From Candidatus Scalinduaceae bacterium (GTDB lineage: Bacteria > Planctomycetota > Brocadiia > Brocadiales > Scalinduaceae), in contig JBHICG010000040.1 of the NCBI GenBank assembly GCA_046759445.1, positions 1 through 30,748 on the forward strand: a stretch of 30,748 bases of DNA, in the 5' to 3' direction. The first letter of the stretch is position 1. Every line of letters starts with the position of its first letter. Under the pieces are notes generated by a model. That model was not told the origin of the DNA. It ran no database searches and saw only the letters and a list, made by a program, of their open reading frames with translations. Positions 18,139 through 27,051 of this stretch are shown in pieces. Made by a program: the position numbers and the translations under genes.

Positions 18139-19293
18139 TTAAAAAGATTTAGTTCTCACCTTATTATACACTTCTATAATTTCTTCACAGTTTTTTTCTA
18201 CAGGATATATTTCTGCCTTCTTCCTAGCAGCAGTGGATGTCCTTTGCCTGAATTCATCATCAAAGAAGAGACTTATCTTATTTGCTAATGTCTTGTAATC
18301 CAAAGGGTCTTTCAAGACAAAACCCTCTATGCCGTCATCAATCACACCGCTTGCTCCATCAAATACAGTTGTAATAACAGGTAGGCCACTTGCCAGAGAT
18401 TCCGTAACAACTAGAGAGCATATATCGTAAAATGTGGGATGTACATAAAGATCAGATGCTGCGTAATATTTCTCAATTTCATTCACATATCCCAAAAATA
18501 CCAAATTTTCCAGGCAATTTAGTTTTTTTGCTAGTTTGCGATATGAAGTATCTCTGCCTCTTCCAATAATTAATGCCTTAAAATTCTTATGAGACTTCTT
18601 AAGTTCTCCAAGTGCATTTATCAGAGTAAGAAGGCCCTTCAACCTGAAGTTGTTACTTATGTATAAGATTACAAATTCTTCACCTATAAATAGTTTTTCT
18701 CTTAAAAGTTTACTGAATTCCTTTCTATTGTCAGGTTTGAATCTCTGAATGTCTACACCGTTATAGATTACGTTTATCTTTTGCGGGTTGATATTATGGT
18801 ATTTTATAATGTCGTTCTTTATCATATCGGATATGGCAATAATCTTGGATACATTTTTGCTTGTATACTGTTTCTTGTCCAGCCACAAAAGAAAATTTTC
18901 CCTGAGGCTAAAAAATCTGGTTATGTGTTTAAGGCATCTATAAAAAGGATTTCTTATAGACACGTAATCCTGTTTAAGCCATGCTTTTTCCACTCCACAG
19001 TGTGGGTTAAATACGTTCATCCCTAGAGCCCTGCCAACAACCTGTACAATGTCAAAATCATCTTTAACTATCTTTCTCCAACTGTTAATAACAAATGATA
19101 CTTCTTTAAGGAATTTTGGGTATCTAATAACTGGAACGGTATGGAAGTGTATCAGTTTATGATTTTCCCACTCGCTGGCAAATATGTGTACTTCATGGCC
19201 TCTCTCAGTCAATTGATTTGCAAGATTAGCCAGATATTTTTCTCCTCCGCCCTTTGAGGGTATGAATTTGTATATATTTAAGGCAATTTTCAT
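18139..19293 (-). CDS. glycosyltransferase family 4 (WaaG/RfaG-like), paralog 2
   Basis: Tandem duplicate of 16812-18020 with the same motifs. Confidence 0.92.
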   Translation of the reverse strand: MKIALNIYKFIPSKGGGEKYLANLANQLTERGHEVHIFASEWENHKLIHFHTVPVIRYPKFLKEVSFVINSWRKIVKDDFDIVQVVGRALGMNVFNPHCGVEKAWLKQDYVSIRNPFYRCLKHITRFFSLRENFLLWLDKKQYTSKNVSKIIAISDMIKNDIIKYHNINPQKINVIYNGVDIQRFKPDNRKEFSKLLREKLFIGEEFVILYISNNFRLKGLLTLINALGELKKSHKNFKALIIGRGRDTSYRKLAKKLNCLENLVFLGYVNEIEKYYAASDLYVHPTFYDICSLVVTESLASGLPVITTVFDGASGVIDDGIEGFVLKDPLDYKTLANKISLFFDDEFRQRTSTAARKKAEIYPVEKNCEEIIEVYNKVRTKSF

Positions 19294-19564
19294 ATAAATT
19301 AGCTCACTTCGTTTACTAATTTATGTGTTTATTTTGCTTCGCAAAATAAGATTATAAATAATTCTTAAAAACAGTGCCTAAATTTTATTTTTTTCTGCCC
19401 AGATTCGCAACCTATGGCCTTTTTTTGTGAAGATTACAAGTTGAGATATAATTATTTCTGATAGTCTAAATAATAACTTTTTTGTCATGTTATGATTCAA
19501 ATAAAATAATATCAAGTTATTTATTGACACTTCTGTTATCAGATATGGAAGAATGGATTTTTTC

Positions 19565-19592
19565 TTGACAAAATCCTATGCTAGGAGATACT
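19565..19592 (+). promoter_or_regulatory. putative sigma70 promoter (TTGACA-N16-GATACT)
   Basis: In the divergent intergenic region; spacer contains palindrome TCCTA-TGC-TAGGA. Confidence 0.3.
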
Positions 19593-19704
19593 TACCCTGT
19601 TTATACTGTTTGTAAGAAAAATTTAACGTGTTAGATTAATTTTATTTTGTATACATTGGACATTAGTAGCCTTCTAAATATACAGACTAACATTTAAGGG
19701 CGTT

Positions 19705-20451
19705 ATGGGAAAAAATGATTCTACGTGTGAACAAGAGCCTCAAGGGTTGGTGACTCTTTCAATGCCTGGAACTCATGAAAAGATAATTCAATTCTTACAA
19801 AATGAGAAGAAAGGGAAGCTCTTGGACGTTCCAGCAGGAACGGGCATATTATCAATGAAGCTAAAGGGAATAGGTTTTGAATGCTACGGTTGTGACATAA
19901 ATGCGGAAGGTTTCAAGGCTAAAGATATAGAATTCAGAGTGGGCAACTTGAACAAGAGAATACCATTCGAAACAAATTGTTTTGATTACATCACATGTAT
20001 TGATGGCCTTGAGCACCTGGAAAATCCTCATAACGCAATAAGAGAATTTAAAAGAATTCTAAAAAAAGGTGGAAAGCTTTTTATCTCTATACCTAACTAT
20101 TTGAATATTGAAAGAAGGATGAAATACCTTATAACAGGTTCCTTCACAAAGCCCGTAAGCCAGGAGATGTTTGAGGAGAGATTCAATTGCAATACGACAA
20201 TGATGCATATTAATTTGATTGGATATCCACTTTTGAGATTTATGTTGGAAAGTAATGATTTCTGTATAACGAAACTGGATATAGACAAACGAAAACCAAA
20301 GATGATTTTCTTGTCTCCTATCACAGCATTGATAAAGCTGTATTGCTGGTTTTGGCCAAAGAAGGCAAAGGAAAGGTATTGGCTTAAAGAGACACTTTCT
20401 AAAGAGATTCTTTTAGGTGGGAATACGTTGATTGTTGTGGCAGAAAAGTAA
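19705..20451 (+). CDS. class I SAM-dependent methyltransferase
   Basis: LLDVPAGTG motif I, FDYITCIDGLEHLENP, RILKKGGKLFISIPN. Confidence 0.92.
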   Translation: MGKNDSTCEQEPQGLVTLSMPGTHEKIIQFLQNEKKGKLLDVPAGTGILSMKLKGIGFECYGCDINAEGFKAKDIEFRVGNLNKRIPFETNCFDYITCIDGLEHLENPHNAIREFKRILKKGGKLFISIPNYLNIERRMKYLITGSFTKPVSQEMFEERFNCNTTMMHINLIGYPLLRFMLESNDFCITKLDIDKRKPKMIFLSPITALIKLYCWFWPKKAKERYWLKETLSKEILLGGNTLIVVAEK

Positions 20452-20452
20452 C

Positions 20453-21439
20453 ATGAAAGATTATTTTAAAGATAAAAAGATATTAATAACTGGAGGATTG
20501 GGTTTTTTAGGAAGTAATATTGCACATCAGTTGGTTGAATATGGCGCAAACGTTACTTTGCTGGATGCGCTTTTGCCTCTTTATGGCGGAAATAGATTTA
20601 ATATCCATGGTATAGAGGATAAGGTAGAAGTTATTATAGGAGATATTCGTGATTTTAGGTTGATAGAGAAAACAGTTGAAGGAAAGGATATTATTTATAA
20701 TTTAGCCGGCCAGGTCAGCTATACGGACAGTATAGAAATACCATTTGAGGATATAGATATTAATTGCAAAGGTCATATGATTGTACTGGATGCGTGTAGG
20801 CATAGAAATCCACATGCTACAATTGTATTTTCCAGTTCCAGAATGGTGTTAGGAAAGATACTTTATACACCCGTTGATGAAAAACATCCGACCGAACCAT
20901 TAAGTATATATGGTATACATAAACTAACGGGGGAAAAGTATTATCTTGCCTATCATAAAACTTATGGACTAAAAACGGTAATTTTAAGAATTACCAACCC
21001 ATACGGTATTAGGCAGCAAATGAAACATGATAAATATTCATTGGTAGGATGGTTTTTGCGCCAGGCGATGGAGAGAAAGACAATTCAGATCTTTGGAGAT
21101 GGTAAGCAACTGCGAGATTATATTTATGTGGAGGATATAATAAATGCTTTTCTGACAGCAAGTATTTCTGATAAAGCGGTTGGTAACATTTATAATGCAG
21201 GTTTTGGCAAATCACATCAATTTTCTGATATGGTTAAGACCGTCTTAAAGGTGGTTGGTCAAGGAAAATTAGAGTATGTGCCCTGGCCTGAGAATTATGA
21301 GAAAATTGAAACAGGAAGTTTTAAAATGAGTTTAGAAAAGGCTAAAAGTGATTTAGGATGGTCGCCAAAGATTGAGCTAGAAGATGGTATAAAAAAGATG
21401 TATGAATTTTATAAAAAATTTAAGCATTATTATTGGTAA
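20453..21439 (+). CDS. NAD-dependent epimerase/dehydratase (extended SDR)
   Basis: TGGLGFLGS, YGIHK (YxxxK), RITNPYG, GDGKQLRDYIYV; ATG 1 bp after the upstream stop. Confidence 0.93.
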   Translation: MKDYFKDKKILITGGLGFLGSNIAHQLVEYGANVTLLDALLPLYGGNRFNIHGIEDKVEVIIGDIRDFRLIEKTVEGKDIIYNLAGQVSYTDSIEIPFEDIDINCKGHMIVLDACRHRNPHATIVFSSSRMVLGKILYTPVDEKHPTEPLSIYGIHKLTGEKYYLAYHKTYGLKTVILRITNPYGIRQQMKHDKYSLVGWFLRQAMERKTIQIFGDGKQLRDYIYVEDIINAFLTASISDKAVGNIYNAGFGKSHQFSDMVKTVLKVVGQGKLEYVPWPENYEKIETGSFKMSLEKAKSDLGWSPKIELEDGIKKMYEFYKKFKHYYW

Positions 21440-21443
21440 ATGG

Positions 21444-21607
21444 CAGCATCGATCGGTTAGGTTTTTGCATGTTTATTTATTACCCCAAAGCTGTCATTCC
21501 CGCATGTTTTTAGCGGGAATCTAGGATGAATGAACCTCTAGTTACCCGACAAAAGAGTTCGGTTATGACAAAACCCGCTCAAGCGAAAACCTAACCGGAC
21601 GATGCTG
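21444..21607. mobile_element. MITE-like element with 25-bp TIRs and a 9-bp target duplication, carrying a GTCATTCCCGC-type palindrome
   Basis: TIRs 21444-21468 and 21583-21607 (22/25); flanks GGTAAATGG / GATAAATGG; inner TGTCATTCCCGC..GCGGGAAT..TTATGACA at 21492-21570. Confidence 0.7.
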
Positions 21608-21674
21608 GATAAATGGGAGAATTAACAACGGAAGAAATTAAAACTGTTACCGGGTGTATTAATGGAGATTCAAA

Positions 21675-22460
21675 ATGGCCAAAGTAAAGGTATCTGCATG
21701 TGTAATGACATATAGCAAGGAGGATTTAATCGAAGATTGTCTAGAGAGTATTAAATGGGCAGATGAAATCATCGTTGTGGATTCGTATAGTACTGACAAA
21801 ACCCTTGACGTATGTCGTAAATATACAGATAAAGTATATCAAAGAAAGTGGACGGGATTCAGAGATCAGCGTAATTATACCATGAGTCTTGCCAGTTATG
21901 AATGGATTCTGTTTGTAGATATAGATGAAAGAATTTCTCCTGAGCTTTACGAAGAAATACAGTTACATCTTAGGGATGATTCAAATAGATGGGATGGTTT
22001 TTATTTCCCGCGTAAAACATATTATCTGGGAAAATGGATTAATCATGGGGAATGGTATCCAGCGTATAGTCTCCGCCTTTATAGGAAGGACAAAGGTCAT
22101 TGGGTGAATGAACCCCATGAGCATCTTGAGTTAAATGGGAAGGCAAAATATCTAAAGAATGATATGTGGCACTTTACGCATAGGGATCTTTCAGACCAGC
22201 TATTAACTATCGATAAATACACTGATATGATTGCTGGGGAAATGGAAAAAAAAGGTGTAAGATTTATTACTCTTCAACTTATTTTTAGGCCTATTTACAG
22301 ATTAATCAGGGGATATTTTTTTAAGCGTGGTTTTCTGGATGGAGTTCCCGGTATAGTTGTTGCAATAACAACATCGTTTTATGTCTTCATGAAATATGCA
22401 AAATTGTGGGAATTACGCATGAAGAATCGGACACGAGTTGACACAAATAAAAACGAATAA
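21675..22460 (+). CDS. glycosyltransferase family 2 (KdtX/WaaE-like LPS beta-1,4-glucosyltransferase)
   Basis: CLESIKWADEIIVVDSYSTDKT, WILFVDIDE, PHE, GFLDGVPG, KYAKLWE; RBS GGAG. Confidence 0.9.
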   Translation: MAKVKVSACVMTYSKEDLIEDCLESIKWADEIIVVDSYSTDKTLDVCRKYTDKVYQRKWTGFRDQRNYTMSLASYEWILFVDIDERISPELYEEIQLHLRDDSNRWDGFYFPRKTYYLGKWINHGEWYPAYSLRLYRKDKGHWVNEPHEHLELNGKAKYLKNDMWHFTHRDLSDQLLTIDKYTDMIAGEMEKKGVRFITLQLIFRPIYRLIRGYFFKRGFLDGVPGIVVAITTSFYVFMKYAKLWELRMKNRTRVDTNKNE

Positions 22461-22473
22461 TAATGAAATGTTT

Positions 22474-22571
22474 CCTCTCCCCGAGGGGAGAGGGCTAGCA
22501 GAGGGGGTGCCGGATTATAAATGTAATGGCGGGTTTGCCTGCCTGTCGGCAGAGAGGGAAACCCGCCCTAC
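22474..22571. repeat. cluster of REP-like palindromes
   Basis: CCTCTCCCC-GA-GGGGAGAGG (22474-22493); GGCGGGTTT...AAACCCGCC-CTAC (22528-22571) with CCTGCCTGTCGGCAGAGAGG in its loop. Confidence 0.75.
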
Positions 22572-22577
22572 CTAAGT

Positions 22578-22637
22578 GAGAAATTGGGGAATTGAGGAAT
22601 TTAATCCCGTAATTCTTGAATCCCTAAATTCCTTAAT
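22578..22637. repeat. inverted repeat of 8-bp periodic units, copy 2
   Basis: GAGAAATTGGGGAATTGAGGAATTTAATCCCGTAATTCTTGAATCCCTAAATTCCTTAAT. Confidence 0.65.
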
Positions 22638-22688
22638 CTTTAATTTTGTGTAATTCACGTGAAATTCTGTGGTGAATTGATAAGGCAA

Positions 22689-23834
22689 ATGAAAGTACTT
22701 CATCTTTTTAGTGATTGGAAATGGACCGGCCCGGCAGAGCCTGCGCTTAACCTCTGTACGGCATTAAAAAAACGTGGACATGATGTTACCATCGCCTGTG
22801 GAAAGGCCATTGATGATTATCCGTTTCCTCCTGATTCAGAGTCTGTCGAGAAGAGCGCATACGAACGTGGCTTTGTGCCTGTTACCGAATTTAATTTGAG
22901 CAAGCATTTCAGGCTTTTTAAGGCTATTTATGATATTAAAAGGTTATCAGTTTTTATGAATGATGAAGGGTATGATATAGTTCATGTCCATCGTAATCAG
23001 GATCATTTGGTAGGTGGGATAGCTGCGAGACGTACGGGAAGATATTTACCTGTTGTGCGTACGAGTCATGATGGAGTTGCATTGAGAAGAGGTTTGAGAA
23101 ACAGGGTTTGTTTAACCCGACTCACTGATAAATTAATTACGGTTTCAGAAAGGGCAAAGAAGGCAGATGTGAGAAATTTTGGATTGTCTGAAGAAAAGGT
23201 GATTAAGATCGACGCCTCTATAGATTGCGAGCGTTTTAATCCGCATAATGGACGCCTTGACCATAGAGAAAGTTTTGGACTAAAAAAAGACGACGTTGTG
23301 GCAGGTATTATTGCAAGGATTCAAACCCACCGTAGATTTGACGTGCTCTTAAAGGCAATAAAAATCGCATCGCAAGAAGATTCCCGATTACGTTTATTTG
23401 TCATAAGCAGAGGGACTAAAGAAAAACAACTGCTGATAGAACCAGCCAGGGCAATGGGATTGGAAGATGTCGTAATCCATATTGGCTATCGCACGAAAGA
23501 TTATGTAGAAGCCGTTTCATGTATGGATTTTGATATTTTTTTGGTACCCGGTACTGATGGTTCCTGCCGTGCCGTCAGGGAAGTGATGGCGATGGGGAAG
23601 CCCGTTATAGCCGCTAATAGGGGTATATTGCCTGAAATTGTTGATGATAAAGTTACAGGACTTGTCATTGACGACACGCCGGAAAACCTGGCAGCGGCTA
23701 TCCTGAAATTAGTTAAAGATGAGGGACTTAGAAGGGAAATGTCTGAGGCATCACTGAAAAAGGCGCAAGATAAATTTTCTTTAGAATCTATGGCTGTAAG
23801 AGTTGAGAAAGTTTATGAAGGGCTTTACTCGTAA
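22689..23834 (+). CDS. glycosyltransferase family 4
   Basis: MKVLHLFSDWKWTGPAEPA, GTDGSCRAVREVMAMGKPVIA, EIVDDKVTG. Confidence 0.9.
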   Translation: MKVLHLFSDWKWTGPAEPALNLCTALKKRGHDVTIACGKAIDDYPFPPDSESVEKSAYERGFVPVTEFNLSKHFRLFKAIYDIKRLSVFMNDEGYDIVHVHRNQDHLVGGIAARRTGRYLPVVRTSHDGVALRRGLRNRVCLTRLTDKLITVSERAKKADVRNFGLSEEKVIKIDASIDCERFNPHNGRLDHRESFGLKKDDVVAGIIARIQTHRRFDVLLKAIKIASQEDSRLRLFVISRGTKEKQLLIEPARAMGLEDVVIHIGYRTKDYVEAVSCMDFDIFLVPGTDGSCRAVREVMAMGKPVIAANRGILPEIVDDKVTGLVIDDTPENLAAAILKLVKDEGLRREMSEASLKKAQDKFSLESMAVRVEKVYEGLYS

Positions 23835-23983
23835 TAGTTCACCACAGAGCTCGCAAAGAACGCAGGATAAGTTGAGGAAAAAGTCTTGCAGGTGGAGTGG
23901 TGTTTCAGAGGTCAGGAAATGGAGAGAACATAATAAATACGTATAGTCGTATAATTTGTCAATTGAAATATAAAGGTGACACT

Positions 23984-25282
23984 TCAGTTCGCTCTAATCA
24001 AATTAACCGTTATCATCGAGACGGTCAGCGGTAGGGCGAATACTATAAACAGAATTGCTGTTCCCCAGCCTGCGTCAAGCAATACCCCCGCAATAAAGGG
24101 TGAAAGGATTGCCCCAATACGACCAATACCTATTGCCCACCCCATACCTGTGGTTCGGATAGAAGCGGTATAGAGATTCGGGGCCAGTGCATAGAGTCCT
24201 ATCATTGAACCAAACAGGAAAAAGCCGATAAACAAGGAGATTACCAAAGCCGTTGTCAGGCTGGATGTAAGTATGCCAAAAATGATCATTAAGGCTGCAG
24301 TCGCCAACATATACACACCTATAAGTTTTTGCAGATTGAACCTGGATGACATGTAGCCAAGCAGTAAACCACCGACAATACCGCCGACATTGAGTAGCAC
24401 ACCACCGGAAATGCCCTGTTCGGCAGAGAGCCCGGCGGCAACCAATAACTTTGGTGTCCAGCTCAATACAAAATAGAAACTGAACATCACCATAAAAAAC
24501 GACGACCATATGAGCAGGGTAGAAAGCTTGATTGAATCCTTGAACAGACTGACAAAACCCGATGATACAACTTTTTCCTTAAACACCGGTTCTGGCAATG
24601 TCTCTATCTCATCACGACCCATACGACGTAAAAGATCATTCACATGTTTCAGTGCATTACACGGTCTTTTCGCCAGTAGATAATCCATTGATTCAGGAAG
24701 TCGCCAGATGACGATAGGAATCATTATTGCTGACGTCACGGCTCCAAAAACAAAGACAGAACGCCACCCGGTTTGAACAATTAAGAATGCGGCAATGCTA
24801 CCGCCAATGGCAGCCCCGATAGGATAACCCGTTTGCAAAAAGCTCACGGCTAAGCTACGCCATTTATCTGACGCATACTCGGCCACAATCACATTCAAAC
24901 TGGCCAGCATACCGCCTATGCCCACACCTGTGATTGCACGCAAAATAGCAAGTTGAGTCATTCCTTGTGACATGGCAGACAAAAACATGCTAACGCTTAT
25001 AATAATCAGACAAAACAGCGCTATAGTGCGACGGCCATATTTGTCAGCATAGGGAGCAAGAAAGAGAGACCCTCCCGCCATGCCGAAGAGTCCTGCGCTG
25101 AGTAATATGCCTAGTTCAGACCCGGACAACCCCCACTCATTGGAGACGTGGGAGGCAGTAAATGCCATCACTAAAACGTCGAAACCATCCAACATATTGA
25201 TAACCAGGCAGACGGAAATAGCGATAACCTGCAAGGATGACATCGGGCCTTTATGTATGAACTCTTTTATGTCTTGGTTCAT
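23984..25282 (-). CDS. MFS transporter, aromatic acid:H+ symporter (PcaK/BenK-like)
   Basis: LDGFD, ADKYGRR, RAITGVGIGG, AEY, LPES, RTTGMGWAIGIGRIG; many hydrophobic segments. Confidence 0.9.
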   Translation of the reverse strand: MNQDIKEFIHKGPMSSLQVIAISVCLVINMLDGFDVLVMAFTASHVSNEWGLSGSELGILLSAGLFGMAGGSLFLAPYADKYGRRTIALFCLIIISVSMFLSAMSQGMTQLAILRAITGVGIGGMLASLNVIVAEYASDKWRSLAVSFLQTGYPIGAAIGGSIAAFLIVQTGWRSVFVFGAVTSAIMIPIVIWRLPESMDYLLAKRPCNALKHVNDLLRRMGRDEIETLPEPVFKEKVVSSGFVSLFKDSIKLSTLLIWSSFFMVMFSFYFVLSWTPKLLVAAGLSAEQGISGGVLLNVGGIVGGLLLGYMSSRFNLQKLIGVYMLATAALMIIFGILTSSLTTALVISLFIGFFLFGSMIGLYALAPNLYTASIRTTGMGWAIGIGRIGAILSPFIAGVLLDAGWGTAILFIVFALPLTVSMITVNLIRAN

Positions 25283-25343
25283 ATTCTTCCGTTATTATTT
25301 GGAGGAGGTTCGTTATGTAAGGGTTTTCGCTATTTAGATTTTA

Positions 25344-25457
25344 AACATCTTAGATTAACAAAGAATTGAAATCAACAAAAAATGGGTTCCGAACTGATAC
25401 AGGTTGGTGGTTCCGGGCGGGAACGATGTCGGGTTGATAAGATTGAACCATTAAGGG
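25344..25457 (-). repeat. promoter-bearing module, copy A
   Basis: Minus strand TGGTTCAATCTTA end motif (25438-25450) and TTGATT(25375-25370)-N17-TAAGAT(25352-25347). Confidence 0.8.
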
Positions 25458-25485
25458 TCCAGTTGACCGATTTATTAGAGGCGGT

Positions 25486-25569
25486 TCATTCCATTAGTTT
25501 TTCTATGCTGTGTTTAAGTTTTGACAAATCTCTCTCAATAATTCCCCAAACAACCACATTATCTACCAT
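25486..25569 (-). pseudogene. HEPN/DUF86 toxin remnant (C-terminal helix only)
   Basis: MVDNVVVWGIIERDLSKLKHSIEKLME*, overlapping the MNT stop; resembles the DUF86 C-terminus and lacks RxxxxH. Confidence 0.7.
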
Positions 25570-25861
25570 ATATTTTAATCTTATCTCTTTCTATTGCTCT
25601 TTTCAGGTATGGGTTTCTTATAGACCTTGGTGTAAGTAAATCAACTTTCTTACCAAATTTATCTTCAAGAAAGTGAAGAAACCCAAAGTACCTTTCAGAT
25701 ACATTTTCTTCAATGGGGTCTTCAAATTCTATAATTAAATCGATATCATAGTCTTCTTTTTCTTCATTCCTGGCAATGGAACCAAATAACTCAACATATT
25801 TGATCCTATATGTATTACATATATCAGGTAATATTTTTTTTATGTCGTGAATAGTAATCAT
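25559..25861 (-). CDS. minimal nucleotidyltransferase (MNT antitoxin family)
   Basis: LFGSIARNE..DIDLIIEF, LEDKFGKKVDLLT..IRNPYL. Confidence 0.9.
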   Translation of the reverse strand: MITIHDIKKILPDICNTYRIKYVELFGSIARNEEKEDYDIDLIIEFEDPIEENVSERYFGFLHFLEDKFGKKVDLLTPRSIRNPYLKRAIERDKIKIYGR

Positions 25862-25870
25862 TTCTCTTTT

Positions 25871-26079
25871 ATTTAACTTCTAATAGTTAGTATAAGATAT
25901 TCTTACTGTGTTAACATCTTAGAGCAATAAGGTATTGAAATCAATAGAAAACGGGTCTTGGCGATACTTATAGCACATTCCTGCCAGCCTGTTCGAATGG
26001 AATCTGCTCAAACTATGGTACAGGCAGGTGGTTGAATGGGAACAATGTAGGGCTGGTAAGATTGAACCATCAGGGGAAT
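25871..26079 (-). repeat. promoter-bearing module, copy B (with nested CCTGCC..GGCAGG insert)
   Basis: End motif 26057-26069; TTGATT(25944-25939)-N17-TAAGAT(25921-25916); AATATCTTATACTAACTATTAG then GTTAAAT before the MNT ATG. Confidence 0.8.
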
Positions 26080-26233
26080 CTATGACAGAGAAAGTCGAGA
26101 GTGTTTATGACGGACTTTTGCGTGACACTCCAGCAGCTTAAGAGGAAAATAAACAAATGAACGAAAGTAGCCGCTATTCCTATTATTCTAAGGTTTTTTC
26201 ACCCACAATTACTTCGAGGGCTCATACACCCGT

Positions 26234-26842
26234 CTATTTTCCAGCGGCGGCTTGTGCAAATGCGGCACCGATATTACTCAAAAAGTCTTTGGGAATCGCT
26301 ATGGCCGTTTCCCCGAGTTCAAGGAAGTACTGTGCGATCGGACGCATTTTCTCTCGCCGTTGAATGGATTCTACGCGGTATTTTACCTCTCTGAGTAGCT
26401 GGTCACTCTTGAGACCCGAAGCTGTGCAGTGAGTGATTTCGGTGAAAAGGTCGGCGAAGACCTTTTCAACCTGGGTAGGATCCTTCTCGAACAGCTCAGA
26501 TTTCAACGGATAGTAAGTGCTGTCTTCTGCTCCATCCTTGGTGTCTAGCATCGTGAAAAGCACGATTCCGGGTAGACGATTCGGGTCGATCCCAAAAAGA
26601 GAGGCGACACGTGGACTAGGATTTGACGACCCACTTTCGTGATCAAATGGTACGAACGCGAAGAAAAAGATCTTTGCCCTAATGGCAAGAGAGTCAAGCC
26701 ACTTAAAAGATCGTGTTGCATATCGCTTGATTGACTCGTGGCTCTCCCTGTCATCGAACAGCAGAAATGCAAATAACTCTCGCTTATCTTTGAGCTTATT
26801 GAACATATAAGCGAAATCCTCAAAGTTATTGACAGCAATCAT
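26234..26842 (-). CDS. hypothetical protein
   Basis: Open frame with RBS AAGGAG before the ATG at 26842; visibly GC-richer than host genes; GTTAGGT at 26871-26865. Confidence 0.75.
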   Translation of the reverse strand: MIAVNNFEDFAYMFNKLKDKRELFAFLLFDDRESHESIKRYATRSFKWLDSLAIRAKIFFFAFVPFDHESGSSNPSPRVASLFGIDPNRLPGIVLFTMLDTKDGAEDSTYYPLKSELFEKDPTQVEKVFADLFTEITHCTASGLKSDQLLREVKYRVESIQRREKMRPIAQYFLELGETAIAIPKDFLSNIGAAFAQAAAGK

Positions 26843-26882
26843 TGTAGTGTCTCCTTTTCTTAACACCTAACGCGCAGCGCGA

Positions 26883-27050
26883 CCGAACTATTATTTAATA
26901 TATTATATTTATTCTTGAGTTTATTCTTTAAGTAAGATAATAGATTAACAATATACATAAATCAATAAAAAATGAGGCTATGAGCTGGATCAGGGATTAT
27001 GGCTGCTTCGAAACATTTAGGTTTGATATAAGATTGAACCATCAAGGAAT
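26883..27050 (-). repeat. promoter-bearing module, copy C (diverged)
   Basis: End motif 27029-27041; TTGATT(26965-26960)-N17-TATTAT(26942-26937); AATATATTAAATAATA-GTTCGGT. Confidence 0.7.
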
Positions 27051-27051
27051 A

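Noticed and set aside
23920..23955. dif-like site (TTATGTT on the minus strand)
   Set aside because: Only part of the XerD arm matches and there is no XerC arm at the right spacing
26099..26130. GAGTGT..ACACTC as IS ends
   Set aside because: A 6-bp match is too short to support
25344..27050. Repeated module as a CRISPR array
   Set aside because: Copies are divergent, hundreds of bases apart and separated by whole genes; no cas genes
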